Part shown: piece after piece, positions 26,865-41,800 of the stretch | How positions within the stretch are numbered: the stretch's first letter is position 1 | How the letters are laid out: every line of letters starts with the position of its first letter | NCBI GenBank assembly: GCA_040954595.2 | Contig: CM082578.2 | Span: 10,361,166-10,425,165 of the forward strand | DNA: 64,000 bases | Direction of reading: 5' to 3' | From: Balanoglossus misakiensis | Lineage: Eukaryota; Animalia; Hemichordata | Notes under the pieces: generated by a model | Seen by the model: only the letters and a program-made list of their open reading frames with translations | Told to the model about the DNA's origin: nothing | Databases searched by the model: none | Made by a program: the position numbers and the translations under genes

Positions 26865-27990
26865 AAATGTAAGTGTTTTGAAACTTTTCATGTTTCGAAT
26901 TATTGTATCCATTTGGTTAGTTCTTTTGGAATTTTCATTGTAAATTTGAATCAATTGTTCGCTTGTATTTGTTAATATCAATTTCAACACATACCAATTA
27001 TCTACCTTTTCTTCATCTTCTCACTGCATCACACTTAACATTCTCATCACATGAACTACAATTTATCTTTAACACTGGATGTATTATCAGTTATTTGTCA
27101 GTTCACTACACAACATAAAGAATGATCTTTGTTGCATGGAAATTATCTTTCACCCCGGTGATTTTCATAAAATTGAATAAGCTTCTATCATCTGGCGAAA
27201 CAAAGATTCTTATCAGAATGATGCATGATCCACAGGCTAATAAAAATTCAAAAGATACATGACTTGTACATTCCAGAACAGCATGCACTATGTTCACTAA
27301 TGATACTGAATTTTCTATCATGAATAATACTATAGTCAATACCCAGAGGATATTTATTCACAAAATATACTCTTATACCACTATTTTTCTTGCTATGTTA
27401 CTGAGTAGGGTACCTCATTTTTTAATATTGCACAGAAATGTAGGCTCCTGTTGCTATTATTCATTCTATACATGTGTACATCATTTCTTTTTATGATTTA
27501 GTGGTGTAAAGAAGCTCCTCAAGAAAATGCATTAAGTTTGACATCTTTTCAAACAGTTTGTCTTTCAACATATTTCCATCTGACTTGCACTATCCCTTAA
27601 ATCCCTGTAATTTTGACCATGTACATGTATGTTATTCTACAATGTGAATTGTTCTTATTTCATCAATAAAAATTGTGATCAGTCATGTGTTTTCATCAGT
27701 ATTTTGCAGTCTGCGAGTTGGGAAAAAAAGATTTTAATTTGATCAATCCATCTCAATATTGCATGCGACCCTGTTACTCATCGACAGAGAAATTGTTTCT
27801 GAATGCAAGCTTCAAGCAGTCAAGTTGAAGTTAACAATTGAATTGTTTCCCCAATTATATAACGACACAGCACCACTGCTGCACTCTCAAATCATGTGCT
27901 TTTAAACATCCGCAGTTAGGGACACCAGCTTTTGCATCATGAAATCGTCATGCTTGTCAAAACACTGTGTTTCAGCAAATGTAGCAGAAC

Positions 27991-28046
27991 TCAAGATGGC
28001 GTTTCATTTGTCCGTGTCGGCACTTCGTCTCCAGTTGGCCTTTCCT
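27991..28046 (-). CDS. Candidate alternative terminal coding exon of SLC2A13, giving ...VSDEERPTGDEVPTRTNETPS*
   Basis: Good acceptor TTGTTATTTCTATTGCAG, phase-compatible with a GTGAAT donor at 29881 inside the last exon. GC-richer patch in AT-rich DNA. Confidence 0.4.
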
Positions 28047-29873
28047 CTGCAATAGAAATAACAACACATTAAACAATTATTTACAGAAAAGGCCCAGGAA
28101 TGGTTATAGGCATTAATAGAAACATAATTTACTGATAAACAATCAGCACAAAGGTAGGATTATTTAGACAGGTTAAATGCAAAAAATGAAGGAGGCAGAG
28201 AAGTTAATGTATGATGTGCTAAGGACATGGTAGTGTTTTGATGAGTGAAGCTGAGTTCTACCTTTTACATGTAGTTGCCACATTTTTAAAACATTTTATT
28301 TTATCCATAATCCAACAGCAACCAGATAGCTCATTTACAGTATGGGGTACCCACTATTATATACAGTGTAACTGTATATAATTTAGAAACTTCATTAAAA
28401 CCTGCCATTGAGTGAGATCTCATCAATGAAAACTAGTTGTGGAATAAGGAGAAAGTGTAAGAAAGGAGATTGGAAATATCAGTTGGGTTTTATTATTGAC
28501 AAGCTAAAAGACAAGCACTTTTTTATTGCACAAAATGTATAGAGAGATGAATATATGAGTGTTCATGAAAGACAACAGTATTGTTTGAAAGCTTAGAATA
28601 TACAGGTCACTAAATTCTGTCTGTGTTCATATATCCTGTCAAATAAGCCACTAGAATCTGTCAAATTTATAATATAAATAAAACGGGAAAGTTACACCAA
28701 ATGATCTTGGCATGATGATCCATTATTTGTTAAGTACAGAAACAATTCAAATCTGTGAAATTTTCATTTGAAGCAATGTTGTTTCCAAAAAAAAAAAATT
28801 ATTTTTGCCACAAAGAATCATACTTGATAACATGTAGCACACTTCAGAAATATTCCTTCTGACCACTACACTCTGTAAAAGCTAGATGTCTACATTGGTC
28901 TCACAAATATTCTACACAAGTATACTGCTGATGAAATGGTTTCTTTTTTTCTCTCCATCATTTGCCAAGTACTGTAATACTGTAGACATGTTATTTTCAC
29001 CAAGAGAGCTCATTTCAAAGAGTTAGAATTTTAAGAGTATCACACTGCCAAGATTTTACTTTGGCCACGTCCTAAAATACATATGACAGTATTGTAAATT
29101 AGCAGGAGAGATTACAGCAAAAAAAACTGGACTAAATGCAAAATACACAGCCCTACACTACAAAAGTGGAATTTTAACATCACAAGATCAGTCTTTCCTC
29201 CCCTGGATCTGGAGAACCCTCATATCTACGGTATGTCACATGATATAGACTTGGAAGGCACATTGCCTCACTGTTTTTCCACTTTGAAATGATGCAATCT
29301 ACCAGCCTACAAAAATGATATACATTATATATTCCCCTAAGTTTATGCATGTAGCATAATGCCACCAAAAAACGTTTAACAGATAGAATGTGTGCCAAAA
29401 TATACATTAAACTTTCCTATATACAGCAGGTTACCGGCTGAAATTTCTCTTTTATTTACAATTACCTTATTTGACTTCAATGATGAATCGGTTCGGCATT
29501 CATAATGCAAAATGCTCATGATGCACAAATTCTAATAAACTAATCACAATTGAAAGAAATTTCTTTTATTTAATGATGAAAAATCTGAATCCACTTTGAG
29601 TGCACGCTATTATTAAACGATGAACTATGACAGACATTCATGAAGAGACAGTCAAAAGAAGCCCAGCGCTGTTAGTGTTACACGCATTGCCACTGAAAAA
29701 TGCAGAGAAAGTCGAGTCTTGTGAGGAGCTCACGCAGTTGAGCATCAGAAGTGTTGTGGTGGTCGTTTCTTGAGAAGCAGATATGTATAGCGTGGCAGAC
29801 TTCCAGAAGAGACATGCAAAAGAAGGAGAGAGAGAAACCCATCACCAAAAGCGTGACAACAGAGAGATGTTTC

Positions 29874-32800
29874 TTATTCACCGTCAGACACATCGGTGTC
29901 CGCCGCGTTGTGACCTTTGATCTGGATGTACTTGACCTCGCGCTCGATCTCCACGGGGCGCCAGGAACAGAACGGCTTCGAGAACAGCTCCGTGACTTCT
30001 TCCAGTTTCTTGTCCTTGGTCTCCGGCAGCAGGAAGCATATAAAGCACACGCCCAGCAGAGCTATCCCGGAATACAGGAAAAAGGTACCTGTTGGGCAGA
30101 TAAAAAAAAACAACTTTAGTAGCCTAGATAAAAATTAAAGCATGTGCAATCTTTACTGTACATTTCTGGCAAAATAAACTGATTGATTTGAATATTAGCA
30201 AATGATACTAACCGTGCCTCGTGAGGGAGTCTGTGAGTGTTAAGAATGTCATGGAGATAATTAAATTAAAGATCCAGTTGACAGCCGTGGCGCAAGCATT
30301 TCCAGTACTCCTCGCCCAGATAGGATAAATCTCTGAATTGATGGTCCAAGGCATTGGTCCCATGCCTACATCATCAAAGAGAAACAAAGATAAGTTGCAT
30401 AATGTCAGGTTCCTTCTTTTTGTATGAAGAAAAATACTGGGTATAGATAAGGAGCTGGGATCTCACATGCTTTCTGGAAGATGTCAACCCCTTTTATCCC
30501 TTTTGACACCATGGTTCCGCCAAAGGCCAAAACCGACAGCTGACGTCCCTTTATGAACATGAAAAAGCACCAACCTGGAGCAAAGAACGCCAGGTAGATT
30601 AGAAGGCCAACAAACGCCATCCAGGAGTAGGACGTTGGACAGTAGTCGTAGGCGTAAGTGAGGGTTTTATTGGTCGCACAGGACGTCCACGATGCGGCCG
30701 CCATGGAAGTCACGTTGGCCGATTGACAGTATGCGGTGCCGGCCACCGCCGTGTTGTGACCCCCATCAAGGTAGCAAAAACCACAGTGGTGGTCTGATAT
30801 ACAATCATTGCAAGAGCTGAAAGGAGAGGGGTAAGATCTCATGAGAGCCTTCAGGTGTGCGGGCAGACATCTTCTGAAGAACAAAATGTACTCACGAGAA
30901 CAGTATTTTTTATTGCCCGGTGCAGTTTACTTTATACAAGACATGCAATGATCAATGTTTCATTTGAATGGCCAAACAGCCGCGCACGACAATTCACTTT
31001 TCTACGCTATCTTCACAAAACACACAGAGTCTTAGCAGTGTGGTGGTCATCACTTACCTGTAGCCTGTACAATTGGCATGGTTGTATGGTAGTGGAGCCA
31101 TGCTGGATGTTAATGGAGGGGAATATAGCGCAGATAGCAAGAATCCAACTGCTAAAAATAGTAGACTAAAGAAAACTCCTGAAACAAAACAAACAATAAT
31201 CTCATGTTACTTTGAGAAAAGTATGAGGAAATGTTCAAGACTTTGATTTTCAAGGCATATATTACCTAAAATGAAGTACAGTGTGAAAAGGTAAATGTCT
31301 GATGATCAAACTCTGTCATCTTCGCCCAACAAGGTCTCTGCACTCAACCCATGCGAGTGGGGGAAGCTCTGTTTAATAGTATGGTTGAGAGTATACATAT
31401 CCAGTTTCTCACCTATCATACTTCCAAGACTTAATTTTCTCCGTCCTACTCTTTCAACTAAGTAGACACCTACAGCTGTGAATAGAAGGTTGACAAAAGC
31501 CACAGCGGCAGCTAACCAGATTGCTATTCTGTCGTCTTTCACACCGGACATCTTGATGATTGTCGCGCTGTAGTACCTGCAAACATGCAAAGTCAATTTT
31601 CAAATCATTCCATCCATTTTGGGAAGGTTCTCAGTCTTTTATATAAACATCTGTAACAACAAATGGCTAGCACTGGTCCAACCCACAGCTTGTACAATAT
31701 TAGTTGGCAGTGATGTACTGTAGATGATAGGTGGTCATTGCTTGAACTCAGCTCTAAAGCCCATAGAAACACATGTTACAATGAGCAAATTTTACATGCC
31801 TTGACCATGCAGCTACATTGTATTAGTTCCTTTTGACCACCTGTTACAAAACATATATACTGTACATCACTGGCTGGACAGAAAGAACGCTTGATCCAGT
31901 GCTGTCAAGATCATTACTACTTACATGACAGTGTTTATACCAGCAAGCTGTTGAAACATCTGCATTCCACAACCTACAAGCAGGGCTCTCCTAACAGGAG
32001 GGCTCTGCAGCATCTGTACGATGACCGGTCTCCTGTCTGCAAAGATACAAATTAGCAATGAGATAACGTTAGGCAGATCAAGTTTGTGTTGTTGTTGTGT
32101 TGTTGTTGTTGTTTTTTGAGGGGGGTGTTTCTCAGGTGAGTAGCACGATTGTGTTAAACAATATGCATGGGGACAGGATATTATAACTGATGGTTGTGAT
32201 TCTCCTCATGTACTGGGTTAACGGATAACTGTAACTGCACCTGTGGCAATGGCAGGATTTTGCTCTTGATGAGAACATGACCGTTGCGGAGGTCACTAGG
32301 GGATTGTACCACTTTTAATATCCAGTGGCAAATTTCTGTGTTATCTTTCTATGGAATTACCCATTTAGGTAATTATAGAGAAATGTACATGTAGATAACA
32401 CCCCCTACTGCCCAAAAAATAATGACTGAAAAGAGAATGGCGAAATAATTTTTCGGACCATCACTGACATACACAAGTGACGCAAAACACCTGGCAAGTC
32501 TCATTTCCTCAGGGGGGAAAAAACAACAATGGGGTAGTTGGTTTCCACGGCAATAGCACAAGCTCCCCACGCCCATTAGACAATGACGCAGATGCCGCAA
32601 TCGCTTTTTCCACGCTGATCTGGTAACATTTAACGACTTGATGACTGGGCCATGTGATCACAGCCATCACGTAGACCCCTTTAATATCAGGTTTCAGACA
32701 ACTGGTGGTGGGCTTTGAACGATAATGCCGATCTGTGCCATATTGCAAATGCAGTCGTTGTTATTACTTAGCCTCGACAAACATCAACAAAATCCCACCA

Positions 32801-35800
32801 ACCGACAACTGACGCACTTCACAGATGGATGGACGCATCAATAAAATGTGAGGTTAACATTCTGCCCTACTCAATCTGATTAGTACTCTGCTGTGTTTTC
32901 TGTTCATGTACGTACCACTGGTATTAATAATATTAATATACTGACCGACAAAGTGCATCTTGTCATGTGTTAATTTAATTGGCCGATACAAGAACGTAAG
33001 ACACATGCCAGTCATCTTACAACAGCAATCGTATTTCTGAAGTTTTTTAGTGTTATGCATCACAGTAGAAAAGAATATGGATTCTGATGGGCTGCAAAAC
33101 ATGATTTGTATACATGTACATTTATGCAAATGCATGCTCACACAGAATAAATCATTTCTACACGTGGAGAACAGGTCAATTTTATTTTCACATAGTTTCG
33201 AGAACCCAAATTCATTTGACCATCATGCTGGACATTCAGATCATCGGGACGTCTTGTGTCCAGACATGATTCACTAGAGGCAATGTGATCATCGTCTGCT
33301 GAGCACCGGTCGTTGGCTCGACTACAGTCTCCCTAAACATTAACAGATATTCAGAGAGCAAAGAGACCTGGATGTTAGTCAAAGATGGCAAAAACGCCTT
33401 TGATGAATAGAACATATACCTTCAGTACATGAGAAAACCCCTTTTGACAAATGGAACAGACCTCTATAGCATTTGATAAAGCCTTGGATGTCAAAATAAA
33501 ATGCAACTGCAGCAGAAATGCATATCAAAACCTCAGGAGTGTTCTCTTTGAACTGCCATTGCCCAGACTAATCAGCTTGTGATCTCATCCTATGAAATAA
33601 TCTCCTAAAGGCTTTTCATTCTTGAATTCTTTAAAATCTAACATCTGACACAAACCCACGTCCCTAGAATCCTGACTTTCCAACCTTTCGAAAAGATTTT
33701 TTGAATTTGGTTTAATCAAAGTGTCACCTCCTTTCACATTGCAATGACTCATTTAACTTAATTGTGACACATCTTTCAATCAAAGATATTTAAAATTAAT
33801 CCTCATTTCCAAGTCTTTGAGTAACTTGGGAACACAATTTAATAAACTGTCACATAAATTCTTACATGTCTGAGTGACTCTTTTCACAAACTTTAATCAT
33901 GTTGTATCATCAAAGAAAACTCTCAAGCCAAGTGATGAATTCACTCAAATGCTGACAAGACTGTAGAGACAAAAATCTCAGATCTTATTAATTTCTTTGA
34001 AACATATTTTCAACTTTGCCATTTTCGTCCTGCCAAATTATTATTTTTTACTCACTGGAGAGAGCTCAACACAATACTAGTCTGCCTGTACATTTTTTCC
34101 TTGATGCAACCCTAGTGATTGTTTTCTGGTGGAACAAATTGAGGAGCACATGCAGGCCAAGACTCCCAAGGAACACAAATTGAAGACTCTGATAAATATG
34201 CCATAATCTAAAAAGACATGGGGGAAAACAGCACAAATGAATAAATGGCAGCTTTTATCCATAAATCAAAGAAATTTACAGTGACCCGATGAGAGTTGCA
34301 TGTGAATAATTCATAGAAGTTAATGAATTCAGAATTGAGTAGTAATTTCTTGCAACACTGAGAGTGAGAGTATATACACCCATGGCTTGATTAATCCATC
34401 ATATCCTGATCTACACTGCCGTGTTTGTAAAAGCCTCTCATTTTCGGTCCCAGCTCTGTAAGACGTTCTTGTGTTACTGATTGAACTGCAACAAAAGTCT
34501 CCTTGCCTATTTTCCAAAATATTCCCCGGTGGATGTTCGAAAAACTCGGAATCGGCACAAAAGTGGGCAGCTACCTGGGGAAATCACTTCATGGGATATT
34601 GGTACCCAGTTCCCAGAAGATCACCGGCACACACGGAAACAGAAGGAAAAAAAATCAAGTAAATGAATTCCTTCGGCTGTATCAGCTTAGAAAAGAGACA
34701 CGCTCAATGCGTTTCAAATCTTTCTGCAAAATAAATTTTCACCCAGGAGATATATACAGAGATTATGATAATTCTCTCACTGTAACTGCAGCGCAAACCA
34801 GTAGATATCGTTCTATGTGATCAGCAAATCAAAACATACAGGAAAGAACAGAAATGCATGTATACACTTCAAATACAAGTGGGTGGCACGTAGGCTTAAA
34901 GGCTCAAAGCAAATGGCAAAACAACTGTACAGTAAATGTATAGGTGTTACAAGATACCTGGCAAGTTAACTGATGTAGATTGCGGAAATTACCACGCTGA
35001 TCAATATGCTTTCTGAAAATGTCAGTCGTGTTTTTTTCCATTTCCGCATCACAGGGGTTCTTCAACAAACGCAAATGTCATATTCCTTGGTGCAGTTGGA
35101 AAAAAAAAATCTCAACACAATGAATTTATTCCTCCATTTCTATTCAAATGACAAATCAATCTCACAATTGCTCTATAAGCTGCATATCTCAATTGTGTAT
35201 TTCGAAGACATGATAAACTTCAATCATTGCTACCACTATAATATACCCGGGGGTGGGGGGATGGGATAAATGTATTTAACATGGAAATACCACGCACTCT
35301 GCAATACTGTTGCTACTGAGGCAGCCACACTGAAAGTAATTTCCGCACCCAAAGGAATGAATGCCACGGTCAAGGGCTTCTGTGCACCGTGATTCGTGAT
35401 TTATCACAACACCTTTGGGAAGAGGGTAGCTGTAAAAGAATACGTCACTAAATCGATGCTGAAGACTGTGTATGGCTTTATTGCCTGAGGGCGTTTTGCA
35501 GTGAGTGGAAACAGCACAAGGCATTTCTCGCCTCACTACAGAAGGCCCAGAAACCCACATTCACACTCCATGAGGGATTATCATCAGTATGTAAATGAAC
35601 ACTAAATATGTTATTCGGTCATGTTTTTGGTTTGTTTCTGGATAATAAATGTAATGCAAGTTTTCACCTTCTAGGTTTGCAATTTTTTAACAGGCCAAGC
35701 CAGGATGGCTTAATGGGGTTTCCGTGCGTCATGACCCAATTTTTTAATACGATCAACTCGGCACTGAATAACCATCTTGGATTTACAACGATTGATTCTA

Positions 35801-38800
35801 GGCCTTTTCTGAGACTTCTATCAATTCTTTCACCGCAATCAAAAGAGACCTTCCAGCCTGTCACTATTTGCTATCAAAATAAGCACACAAAGGTTTCTGA
35901 AAGAACATCTTTCCACAGCTGCAGCCATGATCAGAATTGCACTGATTTATTTAGAGGGAGAAAGCACATGGTTTGGAAGAACTACTGGTATTTTAAATAA
36001 TTTTCTCTCTGATTTGACATGACCATTAACCAGTAAAAAATCTGTTGTGCCAAATTTGTTCATGCATAAATGGTGAAACCCTTGAATGTTTGAGAGAAAT
36101 CTTCTGTAATTTCCTGCAATGACAGAAGTCGGAAATTAAAAGAGTTAAAATCCTCCAGTGGTCATTAATAATATAAAAAAGGTTAAGAAAGTTTACATGC
36201 ATGTGACTGGTTGGGTTTAAGGTCAGGATTGAGGATTGCATAGTTTGTCGTCCTGCACATAAACTAACACAGACTCTACCTTTTGTATTGGAAATGAGAA
36301 CAATCTAATTTCTGCATTGAAATCGTGGCAGAATCAGGCTATCTCTCCTCGCAGAGGAAACAGCTGATTAAACCTGCGCAATAGTTCAAACAAACAGCAT
36401 GCACATCTCCCAATACTGCAAAACATTGATTCAAATGAGCCTAATTACAGCGATTTCAACTCATCAGCATTTCTCGGTTCGAAATAAGCCAGTTACTTCA
36501 TTTAGCAGGAAGCTGCGCAGGCTAAGGCCAAATTAAGCTACATGTACAAGAACCTGCAAAGCAGTTTGTATAATTTATTGCGGTTCACAGGTGAACAGCT
36601 GAAGACAAACTGACAAACTGTTCAATTTGTAATGATGCAATTCGTTGTCAACACAGCGGGGATTAAAGACGATTTAAAATCTCTCCTCATCACGTAATGA
36701 CCCGATTTCCTGGTGAAATAAAAGCTGGTGATGTCTGCATTTGACAACCAAAGCCAATCTTTGATGAACTAAGCATGTACATGTGTCATTTCATTCACAG
36801 CATTTTTTTAAATCAGGATATCAGGAACCTTCAAAACTTTTTTTGGTAAAACATGCTCCAACTGATAATAATTTGGTCAAGATCAAGCAAAGATTAACAC
36901 ATTTTCATTACAGTCAAAACTGAAGTCACAACTTCTACAAAGTATTTATGTGCACAAAAGACAAATTGAAAAACATTTCCTCGGAACAGAGAAGCCAGGA
37001 TCCTATTTCTCACACTTGCAAAGAAACTGACAGTTTTCCCAATTCAGAGTCCCGGATCACAAGACGGCAAAGTACATGTACAACTGGTTCATGTACCTTG
37101 TAATTCTCTTTTCATCGCGGTGTACTTTCATAAACACAGAAAGAAGCAAGAAGGCCTTAACCCCATTACCCCTTCATGTTCCCTGTGGCACATAGCCTGT
37201 CCAACCACCGAGATTGATGAGAAGGTTAAAATCCATCCTACATGTACGTTTTTTTTCTTAGCTCTGATGGATGGTTTGGTGCAGCCAAATGGAACTGCTC
37301 AGGTTTAGTGCCCACTACCACCTGTGTCATCATACATATTAAACCCAGAGGTAAGACTTGTCAAAGTAACAGTTCAGCAGTTCAGTGGGAAAGGGGGGGG
37401 GGGGGGGGGGGGGTAGGTTTGATACCTAACCATGATTGTATCACCTCACACCTACTTGAACCAAAAGATGTTCAATTTCCAAACTTTGAAAGCCTCAGCT
37501 GCTAAAAAAATATCAGAGTCTTCTGACCAAGCACAAACTGGTGAGAGACTGCCTTTACATTCAGACAAACTAGTATTTCTCCATCTCCTCATAAAAGCAG
37601 TCTTGTGGCAAGAGTCAAACCATAGAAATTACCCAACATGACGTAAGATAAATCTTGGGAGCTCATCAGCTTGGGGACATGTTTTCGTTGGTCAAAATTA
37701 CCGTCCGTCTAGCCATAAAATCAGTCTGATGGCAAGACAGGTTATAACAAAAAGTACTCTACAAACATGAGAGAAATCACGGGCTTGCCGTGTCTCAGGA
37801 TTTATTTCACTTTGAAGGAATATATTTCCATAATTTGACTCAGTTGCCACCAGACTGACTATAGACTTCTTTCAAGTTTCAGAATGCAGCGTGCGTACAC
37901 AATTTAATTGTAAAATGGGGGGAGGGTCCTTGCTAGAGTTTGGGCTCTTACCAGGAGAAATATGGTACATCTATTTGTACATACATATACAGTTTGCACG
38001 ACTCTACGCATACCTCTAAAGCTTCTTTCTTCTTGTTGTCGATCGATTGTGCGTTGGATCTCATCAACCTCGTCGTCGATGCTAGCACCACCCCGCATCA
38101 TGCTCAGAACCCTGCGGGCTTCGTCCTTCCTTCCGCGCGAAAGCAGCCATCTTGGACTCTCGGGCAAAAACAGGAACCCGACGAACTGTATCAGCGAGGG
38201 CACACCCGCCAGTCCTAGCATGTACCTGGAATTGGATGTCAGAAGGAAAACCAAGACAATAGGGGGGTTAAATCTTTGACATTTGATGTCGGTGAGAGGA
38301 TTGTTAGGGGTTAAGGCAATGGATACTGAAGTATTTAACATATGTGTTGGTTGCTATTGCTCACATTGTACCATACACACACTACTGCAGTGCAAGAACT
38401 TTAATATTCATTCCTATTATTTCTATGAATTTTCGACTCATGCCATTTTGATTTACAATAAGTTTACCCCACATTTGCCACCATTGTACACATCATACAG
38501 GGTACTGTGAGATTTGTCTCCGACTCTCTTGAGATCCCTTTCAAAAAAAGTCTGGAAACAAAGTTGCATACCTCCATCCGTTGTCTACATCGTAACTGAA
38601 AGCTCCATCTACAAGGCTTGCGACAAACTGCCCTCCGGTAATGAACATGTTATTGATGGTGACCAGACGACCGCGCATGTGGGTTGGGGCAGATTCCGCA
38701 ATGTACATGGGTACTGTCATCGATGCTAGACCTGCATGGCAAAATAGGGAGAGAAAAAAATATTATCTCAAATTTTAATACTTTGCACGATATTTTTTAA

Positions 38801-41800
38801 GAATCACGATTCAGCATGCATAAGTAACTTTTTTTGTTCTTTTAAATTGCAACCTTTGGAAAGGTTAGCTGCGCCCACACACTATAGACACCCACGTATT
38901 GATGATGATGATGACTTCAAGCTCAGACAATACATTTCTTTCAGACAGATTTGAACCTGGCATTTACCATTAGAATTCACAAATTTGTGGCAAATTATGT
39001 CTACAAATTGCGTACTTCAAAGCCAAGTGGGGATATATCGCTCATTCCCTCAGGGATGTAGCTATTTTTTGTGTGTGTGGAAAATGTGGAAGGTTCCTTT
39101 ACTTGCAGCCTACTGTAGGTGGCATTATTGATAGGAAATAAATTCCATATACTCTGTGGCAAATGAGAAAAACTACTGAATTTGTGAGAATACGCTGAAT
39201 ACACATCTGTAGGCAAAGCAGTAACTGCTCTAGGCTTAAGAGGCCATTTTAAAGGTAGAATGGGAATGGGATTTTACACGTTGTGTGTAGTTTTTAAGTC
39301 ACATTTAACTGGTGCCTGAAGAGGTTTGAATAAATGTGATAATAACTTTGATCTTTTTAGTAAAAAAAACTTTACATTTTAACTAAGTTCAGTACAATAT
39401 GTTGTAAAACTACGGCTACTTGTAGAGGCATAATGCACTGTTACAAGTAACATACATGTACAACTGTTTTTGGGATAAAAATCAAAAGTGCTTTGATGCA
39501 ATCTGAATCTCTCTGAATGTAAAACAGAATTATTGACAAAGAGAAACCAACGCTATTGATGTCACACTGCATGCACTGCACAAGGCTTGTAATATTTCTC
39601 AAGATCTATGGTTTGGATTTGAATCCTAAATTGTTGCCTTTCCGATCTCATAATAGCTCACTCACTGACACCATTCAATGAGCACACTCGGGAAGCAACC
39701 ATGCAGCCGCCCTTGAGATCATAAATGCATTCTATTCTTGCTTCCTCACTGCTCTGTAAAAGCAGCAATTTACCTGCCTCATTGTGTTCAACGTAGATCA
39801 TAATTACGATATTAATACAAGCAAGTCACTGTCGATGACATAGTCCCTGCTCGTGCACGAATTTTTAAAGGGTAGGTCATTTTTGAGGAAATAAAACAAA
39901 TGCATTTACATAACAATAACTATTACTGCTATGTAAATTTGAACCTTGGCTTTTATTAAGAAATTTCCAGGAGGACGTACGCTGATCTGGAGTAGATTTC
40001 AGTGATGTCACAAATCCTCTCATGTGACCAGCTCAGAAATTGATCACAGAGGCAGTCAACATGTGACTGAAATATTCATTACCTTCACCCGCAGAATAAT
40101 TTAATCTCATGTTACTCGTGCGCCCCTAGAAGATTTTCACTCTCAATAATATAAATACTTTATACTGGACATACGATACACCTTATATCTGCAATTTCTA
40201 CTGATCATGATGTATTAGATGCTACCAGTACTAATGTGATCATGTCATTCTCCTGAAAAAAACATTCAGATCAAACTGATTAATTAAAAATAAAACTTTT
40301 GGCTGCAACATTGGATTTAACCTGACTGTGCACATTTTTACATTAATTTAAGTATGACAGCACACGAAACACAAAATAGCTATTTCTTTTAGTTTTATAC
40401 AGCCCACTATCAGGCCTTATTATTGCCATGGTAACACATCTAGCAAGTTCAGTAACATCCGATAACACAACATGTTTAGCGCCATGGTTCAGTCTAAACT
40501 AAATGTTTTCTACGGTAAGGCTGGTCCTCCATAAAGGGAACTGGGGGTGAAAAAGGGTTAAAGTAAACTACATATTTTTTGTGGTTAAATTTAAAGAAAA
40601 CCACTGATTTGAAAAGGTTCATGTAATGCCAGAGAGGTACGAACGCTAGAGCATACGTAAGAAGGAAAATTAGATCAGTGATTCCTTACAAGTCTGTTAA
40701 TCATCTTCCGATGCAAAGAAACCTAAAACCACACTTCTAGTTCTACAGGGTCCACTATCCCACAGCAATTAGCAGAGTCCTTTCTAGGTAATACGATCAA
40801 ACTATCAAACCCTTATCATGAAACCCATCAGAGCAGTTCCCAACATCTACACTTACAGAACATTTAGGCTTTGTGGGTACCATGGTCATATTTATCCCAA
40901 AAATTTTTTTTTTCTTGTTTATTATTGTTGTATACCTTCACACAATGGCGACAAATTGATGCTCGCGTCTGTTAATACCTCGCACAGCCTGGGGTCATGT
41001 GAACAAAACTGCTACCTCACTGAACACGTTTGATTTACATCACGCATTAACTGGTTGATTGCCAGCCCTAGTTAGCATCAAGTCGTCTTCCCCACTAACC
41101 GCCAGTATCGAAATTCACTAACGGCGGTGACTCGCACTCGTTATCATTCAGCCTAATTAACTGTGTCGCTCTCCCCTTTCGGATAATCTCGCGACTGTGA
41201 AAACGCGTGGTGTTGTCAAGGTGTTGGAGAATCTCCGGTTGCGTTCAGGTCATCTTGGATCACATACGCTCTATTCTGAATACAAAGAGGAAAAGCTCGT
41301 GAATGCGACGAGAGGCCTGCGGCAGGAAGAGATGTAGACCATCAGGATGAAATCATCGCACATCATTCTGACCTGAAAGTGCTGCACTTCACCTTTGACA
41401 TCTGTGCAAAACTTTGCAAAAAAAAATAAAAATAAAAGGATTCAAAAAAGTTCAAAACATTCCACTATTTTTGAAGTTTTCTAGCGTGATACATGCCTGA
41501 GTATTAAAAAAAATTACAAAGATTACCCGGTAATTCTTTTCCAACAAAAATATGATAAACCCTGTTATGTTTCACATTTGAATTACAACACTCTACTATC
41601 AGGAGAAGATTGCCCTGGCGATGTGAGGGAGAATAACTAAACAGTGCTGAAAAACATGATTGCCAAGACTTAAATCTCCTCAGAATAACTTGTTTGCCAC
41701 TGAGAGATACCACTATATATTTCACTGAAATTAATTACACTGTCTGAACACTTAACAGACTAATCATTTTTCAATCAGAAACTATTAATTACCACCCAGC

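Noticed and set aside
37393-37413. Poly-G/poly-C runs (also near 2266, 49449 and 50634) as G-quadruplex elements
   Set aside because: Simple homopolymers of uncertain length with no supporting context.
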